Below, piece after piece: positions 38,263-48,369 of a stretch of DNA of 64,000 bases. Every line of letters starts with the position of its first letter. Positions within the stretch are counted from its first letter, which is position 1. Made by a program: the position numbers and the translations under genes. The notes beneath the pieces were generated by a model. It saw only the letters and a program-made list of their open reading frames with translations, was not told the DNA's origin and ran no database searches. The DNA is taken from NCBI GenBank assembly GCA_977030845.1, contig OZ365118.1:22940001-23004000 (forward strand), given 5' to 3'. The stretch comes from Fimbriosthenelais zetlandica. Lineage: Eukaryota.

Positions 38263-41200
38263 TCCATGATGACCTTGACCTCTAGGTTCTCAAGGACACC
38301 GTGGGTGAGATCGATGCGCCACATAGCGGCGACAATAATCAACAATCACACCACCTCACACCACAATCACACCACAGCCAATCACAGAGCCGCCGCCATG
38401 GTTACCACGGCAACCAGCGATACATTAAAATGTGTGTATGAAGGTCAGGTGACCTTCAACTTGTGACCATAACAATAAATAATGGTGAGACGCCGGCCGC
38501 CATGATGGACGGGGGGCAGGAGCAGACCTGACGACTTAACCTTCAACTAGATCTGTGAGACGACAGAGACGGAATGGCTGCCCTTAAAATCTAATAACAT
38601 CACCTGGTCTATTGTGTCAAATTTAACCCAGATTATCTCACAGAAAAAATAAAATACATACTATTAGATACCGTGGTCTTCTAACTATAATGGTAACTGT
38701 TGAGTTGTATAACCTAGTCCAGCCCAACACGCCACTGTCCTCCACTCCATATAAACGTGAAGGGAGATTAGATGATTATTTTTTGTTTTATCATTGTGAT
38801 TTATGCTTTTGATCTCTCAAGTCGGACACATTGGATGGTGGGCAGACTTGATTATGTTGGGATTGGCTTCACCTTGCCGGTAATTTGGCGGAAGTTGCAC
38901 TGTCCGCATCCATTATGTTGCCGCCCTGCCCGCGAGGTGGCGTAGCAGTCCCACTCAGCCTCACTCTCATCCCATTCTCCTACATCAAAGCGAGGCTGAT
39001 GTAATTAACGGCCACCAGGTGACACCAATTGAGTTGGGAGGTGTGTTTCCTGGATCCGCCGTGAGGGGGCAGTGTGGATGGAGGACGAGAGGTCGTGTTT
39101 TAATCAGCTACCAGCTCACAATTGGCGGAGCCCGGCTTTACAAAGACTGGATTGAGTTGGAATTCCATCACTGGTGTCCCGACTTGATCACTTGGCCAAA
39201 TAGGCTTCATCTAAAGCTAAGAGACTCTCAAGTCCTAACATATACCCGGGCAGCTATTCCAGGCCCACTCAGCTATTCCAGGCCCAGAGTCAGCTATTCC
39301 AGGCCCACTCAGCTATTCCAGGCCCAGTCAAGTATATAGTAAGACCAACCGGGCCAGCAGCCATGTCTACTTTACCTCTTTCTTTCTTTGTGTATCTCTC
39401 TCTCCCAATATCTCCCTCTCTCTATATCTGCCCACCTCCCTCCCTCACATTGTCCCCTCCCTCTGTCGCTCTGACTGTCCCTCTCTCTCTATCTCTGCCC
39501 ACCTCCCTCGCTCACATTGTCACTCTCTTACTTGCGAGTTTTGAATTCTTCTTTAACTCAAATTCTTCTTACAGACAGGCAGCAGACGAAAAAAAAAGAC
39601 TTGACAAACATGACAAATATCCAACTACAATTTGTAGAGGAACATTTGTCATATATCTGGGTGAGAAAAGCCAACAAGAAGGTAACACACAAAGACACTG
39701 AGGGAGAAATGAACAGAGAAGGTGGGAGAGCGGGGCCTGGGAGAATCTGATCTGAGGGAGAGGTGTAGAGAGGTGTAGAGAGGTGTAGGGGGAGAATAGA
39801 AAGTATTCTCGCCCTCCTTTACATTCATGTCTCAGTAGAGATGAGAGTGAGAGGTGTGGTAGAGGTGAGAGTCAAGTAAACATGTCACATCTATTCTCTG
39901 ATCACTATGTTTACTCTTAACACTCGTAAACCTCCATATGTCACGTCTACCGCTCACTAAAATAGGCGAGATGAGAACGAGATGAGAACGAGATGAGAAC
40001 GAGATGAGAACGAGATCACAGCGGCCTGATCCTAACATATATAGCTTCATGATCCCAACATAAAGGTCTCATCTAAAAACATATTCATTCATAACTCAGA
40101 GTAGGTTTTGTGATGAACTTTCATGAACATTGAGTGAGTTTTGTATGAGAGTTGATTGTGAGACTCAGTGGTGAAGCATGTCGTCAATATTAGAGCTGGT
40201 TTGTCATTATATGCCGGCCCAGCTGGGGACAAACTTAGTGCCCTATACTCTCTACCGGCCGTCTCAAGGTGGGGTAAGCCCATACACGCCACACCGGCCG
40301 TCTCTAATCCCGGACCCTGGTTACCTATAGCCCCAGATTATCTCGGATTTATGAGTTAAACTTGGTTAATGCGGATTAAACACATGGGGTCCATTATAGG
40401 GCGAGTTATGAGGTAAATATTGATTGACAACCTGATTATACGCCACCACTCTCCTCCTTATACTCCATACAAAAATAGAGCATAATGCGGGGCTGATAGG
40501 ACATGGGGGGGCGGGGGGCGGGGGGCGGGGGGTGTATGTGCATACCAAACGTTGAGTCAACATGATTAGCACAAGGCCTGCCCCTCCTGCCTCTACAACA
40601 CCCTCCTGATTCTCCTACTCTTTGTAAAGGCAGAAGCTAACAGACGTAAATGCATTTAGTGAGATATTACTTGTTCATGCAGAGCGCCATGCATCGCGGC
40701 TCAATATTTTAAACTCTCCTATAAAACCGAGGTTTTTGTCGAGCTCGACATAATGATGGCTTTTGTAAAATTGATGGGTATTTTAATGACGTGCCCTCCG
40801 CCAGGCGGGGCGCAGGTACAAGCCGAGGTGGAGGGGGTGTTACATAACATACATGCTCAATATGCGACACATGGGTCACTGGTAGAACCAGGGGAATCTT
40901 AGATGCGACTGGGGCGTATTTTAGGCGGGTGAATGCTATAACTAGGCTCAGTAAGATAAGCCATGGATACAGACATGTCAGTAATGTGTCACGGATTTAT
41001 TGTGAAACTTTCCCTGGTTTCATCACGAGGTGGAATGGTGTTTAAAATGAGGGACGGACGGGGACAGAGGCAGTGAGCAGACACTAATTAGAGGGGGTGA
41101 GGGGACGAGGGGTGAGGGGGCATGAGGAGGCCCCCAACTACCCCACCCACCCACCTCAAAGATTACATGTATTGATTATAATATAGATCCAGGTACATCA

Positions 41201-42772
41201 ACAGTAGGCCATCAACACACCCCCACACCAATCTCTACCCTCAAGACATGGAGATTCCCTCTACTTATTTGTCTCAATATTCCCCTGAGTTATTAACTTT
41301 TCCCCTCAATAATCATAACTTTTCTCATGGCGTTATCAAAAACCTCATTGCCATCGTTTTCCCTTGGCTGCCTTTGGTTTTAGTTGAATTAACAAGTCAT
41401 TTGCCTGAATCAAAAGATTTCTTTGCAGCAATGGTGAGTTTTCCATCTGCCGTGTGTAATTTTGGTGGAGTGGGTTTAAAAGGGATCTTAATTAAGGCTA
41501 TCATTAATTAGGGTGTGATTAGTGGGTGGTGGGTGGTGGGTGGGGGGGTGGGGGGGGGGGGGGGTAATATAATGATTATATCGGGGTGGTTGTTAGAGCT
41601 CTGTGTGAGAGATGGCAGGTTTTACCGTGAATTAATACACAGCCCCACATCACAGGCTCTCACAGTCAAATCAATAAGAACAAGTTAAACTTTCCATTCT
41701 CTATTGATTTCCAGCCCTCACTTACCTTTCAAGTGTTAATTCTCAAGGCAGGGATTTGCCATTCATCATATTGGTTTTCTATTCTCAGTCTCAAGTGAGT
41801 TTTTAAACAGTTTCCCCTGAAATGCACTCTCTGCCCCTTTGACTTACATTCACGATTTAAACTCAGGAAATGGCGGCATTCTATAAGAGAGGAGAGGGGT
41901 TTAACGTCATCTGATGTAACTATTTCAGATTAGAACATGGCCTTGGTAGATTAGAACATTAATGAGATAAGATCTAAAGATAAAGAGTTAGTGGAAGCAT
42001 CATGTGGGGCCAGACATGCCAGCTTTCTAACATATCTGCAAATCATCCTTGTACTTAGTTTGTCCCCCATTCACCCAGCTCTCAGTCTATGCTATACCTT
42101 CCGGCCTACCTCCCCATCTCAGCCTATATGCTATACCCCACACCTATCCCAGCCTATGTTATGCCCCCCATGCACCCATCTCAGCCTATGTTTGTGGGTT
42201 CTCCAGGGCAGGAATCTGGCCCACCATGGAGGAGGGAGTGAGCATCAGGAGGTAGGATGAGATGGGTGGGATGAGGAGGAGGGAGGAAGATGATGATTGA
42301 AGCCCTGATTGATCCCATCCACCCTTCATTATTGATCACAGATTGTCAGTTCAACAATTAATCAGGCATGAGAGTCGAGCCGCAGTCATCGATCTCCACC
42401 TGGTACTCATCACTATTTAATGTCCTTCAATTCCCCAGTTATACCTCCACCTTCCCTCCCTCCCAATGGTCAGTTATACCTCCACCTTCCCTCCTCCCGC
42501 TGGTCAAGGGGGGGGGGGTACACTCAGCTGGTCAGCCGGGGGGGGTGGGGGTTTACCCAGCCCACCCATCAAGGCTTGCTGCAGTCAGTTGAACACTGCC
42601 CGGAGCCCGTACTGACCATTCTAACTGACCATTCAAACCAGAGGTGGTCAAGCTGCAAATGACCAGCACAGATAACACGGGTGGTCAGCGCGACGTGTGT
42701 TTCACAGTCAGAGCAGAAACTGAGCAGAAAGTGAGCAGAAACTGAGGGGCAGTAAAACAGGCCTTAAAAACA

Positions 42773-42908
42773 CAGGCCTGGTCAAGCCAGCCTTAAAGGG
42801 GGTCACTATACAGGCCTGGTGGTCAAGCCAGCCTTAAAGGGGGTCACTATATAGGCCTACTGGTCAAGCCAGCCTTAAAGGGGGTCACTATATAGGCCTA
42901 CTGGTCAA
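42773..42908 (+). repeat. ~40-bp repeat x3
   Basis: AGGCCT..GGTCAAGCCAGCCTTAAAGGGGGTCACTATA. Confidence 0.85.
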
Positions 42909-43085
42909 TACAGACGGAGCTTGGTCAAGGCAACAGGCCTTGGTTAAGGGGAAGGCAACAGGCACTGGCCTGGCGGGAGGAACAGCAAAAACGTGGGGTA
43001 AAAAAAATGATTGATTGATATAAAACTGGACATTGAGGATCGATATGTGAGACGCCAGGTCTGGTGAGATGCCGTGAATGGCGAT

Positions 43086-43389
43086 AAATAGCAGCAAACT
43101 GGATGATTAAACGGCGACAAATAGCAGCAAACTGGATGATTAAACGGCGACAAATAGCAGCAAACTGGATGATTAAACGGCGACAAATAGCAGCAAACTG
43201 GATGATTAAACGGCGACAAATAGCAGCAAACTGGATGATTAAACGGCGACAAATAGCAGCAAACTGGATGATTAAACGGCGACAAATAGCTGCAAACTGG
43301 ATGATTAAACGGCGACAAATAGCAGCAAACTGGATGATTAAACGGCGACAAATAGCTGCAAACTGGATGATTAAACGGCGACAAATAGC
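43086..43389 (+). repeat. 33-bp minisatellite x9, ~1 kb into the protocadherin intron
   Basis: AAATAGCWGCAAACTGGATGATTAAACGGCGAC; explains ORFs 42925-43392, 42944-43384 and 43103-43498. Confidence 0.97.
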
Positions 43390-44399
43390 CATCTATAGGT
43401 CTCTACTAGACATGGGGAACGTGAAAATAGCTACATTTTATAAATTTCGTTTGAAAAGTAATGGTTTGATGTTTCTTAGACAGGAAATGAAACAGTGAAT
43501 GAAATAAGATGAATAATTAAGTCAATGATTGGCTATGTTGGATTGCCAGCAGGTTGGAGCACACATTTTGTAGCTATATTAGATCAGGTCTCTGAGGGGA
43601 CACGCTGGAATAGATAGTTACAGTGGGGGATTCACGAACCCCAGACCCCCTACATGCTACCAGTCCCCCTACTACATGCAACCAACCCTCCCGGGAATAA
43701 CACAAAAATAACCCACAAAATGAGCTCCCACCAGGAGCGCCACTTCCCATTCTCTTCCTTCTTCCCCTTCCCTTTCATTCTCCCACCTTTCATTCTTCTC
43801 TTTGTATCGCCTAATCCCACATATTTAAATATTAAAACCGGAATACAAATAGCAGAGTTGAATAACACCTTGTGTATCAGTTCTAATATCAAAAGTGCAA
43901 TATCCTAACCTATTGGGGAAAACACGTTGAAAATAATTGAATATTGTCATCAAAATGAGTTGGATGGTCATACAGGAGTAAGAAATGGAATATAAATAAA
44001 CATCTGTGCAAGATTCATTTCATATAAATAAACTGAAGGCAATCAGTTTGTTCAGATCAGGACTACCCATGTCAGAACTTCTAGAGAAGGCTATTTGAAA
44101 ACTAATGATGTTCAGTACTTAAGAATAACCTAGAATAAAATAATGTCTACACAGAAAACATAGTGGAATGACTCAACGACTGAAGGGCTGAAAATGAAGA
44201 TATACCTGGGGTGGTAAAGTCGGTTGCCACATTCAATCTAGAGAAATGTGAACCAATCTGGGCATACATTCTATTCACAGCATTCCTAAAGCAATTATAT
44301 CCAATCTACAAGCCAGTCAGGTTGTCTCCATAACCGTTCCTGGCCAACAAAAGTAGGAAAAAACGAAGATAAATGAAGATTTTAAGAGATGTTGCTTAC

Positions 44400-47108
44400 C
44401 TCTTCTTGTGCTCGTGGCGTTGACGGTTGTAAGGTACTTTTGCCGGCGTTTCCGTTCTCTCCTGCCCCCCCTGACACAGTTCGACTTTTCAAATTGTCCA
44501 TCTCCACGGCCGTGACGTAAGCGTTGGTGGCCTTGACCTTTGACCCCGGCGTTCCGTTGACGTCCTCCATGGGAGGTAGCATTCTCTGAAGCTCTTTTTT
44601 AGAGTTCTCATCGTTGTGTCTTTGTTCAGCGTCTCTACGTTTGATGATGATGATTGTAGCAATGATAATCATAGAGATGATCGCTGTGACGACCACAAAC
44701 ACTATAACAATAATCAGGTTGTCTTTAGACAGGTTCATGGACCGTGACTTGGCGTAACCCGCTACTTTAGTCACGTATATATGTAACTCACCAGGCGCGG
44801 ACAGTAAAGGTTCACCCTGATCCTGGACTATCACCTGGAGGAGGAAGCTATCTCCATCATTCTCCTCTAGTTCTTTATTCACAGATATAGCCCCCGTGCT
44901 GGGGTCAATAGCAAACGCATTGTTACTGTTACCGGTGGTGATCAGGTAGTTGAGGCGGGCGTTCTTACCGGAGTCCGCGTCGTGCGCTCTCAGTTTGGTG
45001 ATCACCTGACCCACCGTCAGTTTATTAGAGATTCTCAGTGAGTTGTTTTTTTGAGTGGGGAAGTCAAACACCGGAGCGTTGTCGTTTTTATCAGCGACGT
45101 AGACGGACACGCTGACGGTGCTGCTCTGACTGTGGTCGTCGTCACTAGACGCTACGACCACCATGTAGTAGACAGGCTTCTCCTCCCTGTCTAACACCTT
45201 CTGTGTAGAGATAGCTCCTGTCTGCGGATCTATCCTGAACATGTCCATGGGGCTGCGGGTGGGATCTAGTGAGTATGAGAAGTGGTTATACGGCTCTGAG
45301 TCTCTGTCCTCAGCCACCACCTGTCCTACCTCAGAGTTAGGCTGCTGGTTCTCAAACGTACCGAACGCATACGTCTCCTGCTGGAACCTGGGAACCTCAT
45401 CATCGATATCTACTATACCGATGAGTACTTTAGCCGTAGTGGAACGCGGGATGGAACCCTGGTCCTTAGCGATGACATGGAACTGTAGCTCAGTGAGATC
45501 TTCATGATCAAACACCACGTTAGCCGTTATACTGCCTGTGTCTTCATCTATCGCCACCAGGCCGCGCGCATCCTCGTCTACCTCGTATTTAATCCGTCCA
45601 TTAGTGTCAATGTCGCTGTCACTAGCCGTGACAGCCACTATAAACTCACCTATGAGGTTATTCTCTATAATAGTCGCGGTATACATGGGCTGGGAGAACT
45701 GGGGGGTATGGTCATTGTCATCCAGGATGGTTACCCGGATGTGGGCGAATGACGTCTGAGGAGGGTCGCCTTTATCACGACATTCTAACGTCAGGTCAAA
45801 GTAAGGCAACCTCTCCCTGTCAAATATAGACGACGTGACGATCTTATACTCAGTCAGGTAGAGTTTCTGTAGGTGGAAGTTGCTGTCACTCAGTGAGCAG
45901 GTGAACTTACCGTTCCTGTCACTGTCCTGGTCTATTATAGAGATATGAGCCACGAATGTGCCGGGCGGGGTGTTCTCTGCTACCTGAGCGTCACCACTTG
46001 TTGTCAGAGTGTTGACAGTGATTTGAGGAGCGTTATCGTTCACATCTTGTACCCTCACTACAACTGTAGACTGGGCAGGTAGAGAGTCAGGCCCGCTGTC
46101 ACGAGCTGTCACTGACAGTAGGTATATAGCTCCCTTCTCATAATCCAGCGGGCTCTGGACTATAATCTCCCCGGTCGTGGAGTCTATGAGGAATAAGTTA
46201 CCGTAGTTTTGTTGTGTGTGACGTGAGAGTTGGTACGTGATCTCACCGTTAGGGCCCGTATCCGGGTCTCTAGCCCTCACCTTGTATATGGTCGTACCTA
46301 CAGCTACGTTCTCCCTCACCGACACCTCATACGTTACGTTCTCAAACACCGGGTCGTTATCATTAGCGTCTAATACTGTAATATCAATAAGAACTGATCC
46401 AGACTTGGCCGGCTCGCCTCCATCCACCGCCAGGATCTTTAACTGGTAGAAGTTTTTCTTTTCTCTGTCTAACTCATCGATGAGCACTAGACGCAGGTCC
46501 GTGGCACCGTCGGCAGTTTCTCTCACTTTTAATTCAAACTTTTTGGAGCCTGACTCTAGGAGGTAGTCCTTGACACTGTTCATGGCGCTGTCTGGATCCA
46601 GCGCGGCCGGGATGCTGAAGCTGGTCCCGGGTAAAGTCGACTCAGAGATCTTATGATTTATACGGCTCTGAGGGAAGTACGGGGCGTTATCATTCACGTC
46701 AAGTATCTCTACAGTTACCTTAATGATCTGAAAGTTCTTCACCGGCCTCACCGCCACATCAAACTTGACTAAACACTCATCTGTCTGTGTACACAGCTTG
46801 TCCCTGTCCAGCCTGTCTGTGGTGGTAATAATCCCTGTGGCTGTCTCTATATCAAAGTACTGTCTGTCTAACTCTGGCTGGGTGAGGAAGCTGAACCGTA
46901 ACTTAGACAGCTCTGATCCGTTATACTTCAGGTTGAGTTTAGCATCTGTGATGATGTTACCTACAAAAGTCCCAGCGATGAGTTCCTCCCTGATCTGACA
47001 CAGGACTGGCTCAATCTGTCTCCGTCTGCGAGCTGCTCGACCAGCCGTGTCTACCAGCAAGAGGAGCAGGAGGTAGCCTAACAAGGCTATACTCTGTGAC
47101 ACTCCCAT
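44400..47108 (-). CDS. Pcdh: Protocadherin (7-EC, delta1-like) large coding exon: signal peptide + EC1-EC7 + TM + proximal cytoplasmic tail (903 codons); gene continues in unidentified downstream exon(s)
   Basis: Lies within the 924-aa ORF 44382-47156, which starts at TTG; the first in-frame ATG is at 47108 (MGVSQSIALLGYLLLLLLVDTAG, hydrophobic leader). Linkers DVNDNAP, DANDNDP, DVNDNAP, DDNDHTP, DIDDEVP and DKNDNAP plus DRE/DYE and DxD motifs define 7 EC repeats. EC1 has the protocadherin-type DRDKLC-x5-C. TM LIIVIVFVVVTAIISMIIIATIIII is at 44643-44717. The donor GAG|GTAAGC is at 44400/44399 (phase 0). The exact ortholog cannot be assigned. Confidence 0.96.
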
Positions 47109-47131
47109 ATTACACTCCCTATACGTCCCAT
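47087..47131 (-). other. uORF2 (14 aa), out of frame and overlapping the main ATG
   Basis: ATG at 47131, 23 nt upstream of the main ATG; MGRIGSVIWECHRV* ends at 47087, inside the CDS. Confidence 0.4.
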
Positions 47132-47136
47132 GTGGG

Positions 47137-47208
47137 TCACCACGCCACCCCGACAACTATACTCCCTGATAGGGCACTAGAGAGCGTCCAAGTCCTCCTC
47201 CAGGGCAT
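47137..47208 (-). other. uORF1 (23 aa) upstream of the protocadherin ATG
   Basis: ATG at 47208 to TGA at 47139-47137 (MPWRRTWTLSSALSGSIVVGVAW*). Relevant only if included in the mRNA. Confidence 0.35.
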
Positions 47209-47632
47209 CTATAGTGGGTGGTAGAGAGTATAGTACACCTGTCTGATCCTCACCTGATCCAGGTGGGGTGTAGGTGGAGATAGCACGGAGATCAATGAAG
47301 AAAGATGATCCCAGATTCACACACACCACTCACTGATCTACTGTTAATCCTAGTCTTATAATCCACTACAGGTATACGTCCAGGTGTGGTGTGTACCTCC
47401 TCCAGGTGAGTCCAGGTAAGGCCAGGTGTGGTAATCACGCCTGGAGTGGTAGGTACAGGAGGAGGTGGTAGGACGGTAGTTGACGCTTGTAGCCCCGCTG
47501 TAGACGCTAGTAGGAGGAGGGATGGTAGAGGCGTCAGGCCGACTGTAGACGTTACTAGAGGTAGGAGGGATGGTAGAGGCGCCAGGCAGCACCTTCAGCA
47601 CGTACATGTGGTCCCACACACAGCTCTTAAGT

Positions 47633-47740
47633 GACTGACGCTTATAGCAAAGCGCCAACTCTCCCTCTCTCTCCTTCTCCTCCCTCCTCTCTCTCACAGG
47701 CCCACGTGGGTTGTGATCAGTCGAGCCTCACTATTGGCTG
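47633..47740 (-). promoter_or_regulatory. Candidate proximal promoter of the protocadherin
   Basis: On the minus strand: Inr-like TCAGTC (47633-47638), GA-repeat tract, palindromic E-box CCCACGTGGG (47701-47710) and CCAAT (47733-47737, about -100). Motif-only evidence. Confidence 0.3.
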
Positions 47741-48296
47741 ATTCATTCCACAATAGCTCTCCCTGCTCCAATTGACTTCTCCCTCTCTCTCCCTCTCTCT
47801 CTGCTTCTCTTTCTGCTTCTCTCTCTCTCTCTGCTTCTCTCTCTCTCCTTGTCTCTCACATCAACTGTAAGTATAAAGGAGGCCACATTTAGTGAGTATA
47901 TAGCGCTATAATTCATGAAGTCAGTGAGGTATAAAATGATGATACAGGGCAGATCGCCTTTTTAAGTCCACACAGGTGTTAAGTAAATCTAGAGATAGAG
48001 CGTCTAATGTATGGAGAATATCCATCACTGACAGGGCACGATTTATTACAGGTCCAAACAAGGGGCGCACACAGGGGGAAAATGCAAACCAATTAGGATT
48101 CAGGGGAAGGGAGGGGAAGGAAGGGATGAAAGGGTGAATTTTGAAGGAGGAGATTGAATTTTTATGAGGTTGTGAGATGGTGGGAGATGTGACTGTGTGT
48201 GGGCCTCGTGCATGCATATTATCACAGTGACACATGGTGAGGGGGTAGGGGGAGGGGGGGGGGGGGTGAAAGTTAACCCCGCAACAATAGACTCAC

Positions 48297-48369
48297 CAAA
48301 CCCGTCTCTCAGATAAAACAATTTGACGCTCCATTATCCAAACTGACTCACGATTCCTCGCTCTATATA
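48297..48369 (-). promoter_or_regulatory. Alternative candidate TSS plus short non-coding first exon
   Basis: On the minus strand: TATATA (48364-48369), Inr-like TCAGTT (48341-48346) overlapping an AP-1 TGAGTCA, and donor TTG|GTGAGT at 48297/48296. The TATA-Inr spacing (~25 nt) is slightly short. Confidence 0.25.

Noticed and set aside
42925-43498. ORFs with 11-aa repeats on both strands
   Set aside because: Artefact of the 33-bp minisatellite (unit length a multiple of 3).
45241-46998. Several plus-strand ORFs antisense to the protocadherin
   Set aside because: Shadow ORFs expected opposite a long CDS; no independent features.
47594-47602. REST/NRSF half-site TTCAGCAC near the putative TSS
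   Set aside because: The right half (GGACAG) is absent at the required spacing.
47356-47697. 113-aa Ser/Thr/Pro-rich ORF upstream of Pcdh
   Set aside because: Built from a local ~55-bp duplication and GA repeats; more likely 5' leader or promoter sequence.
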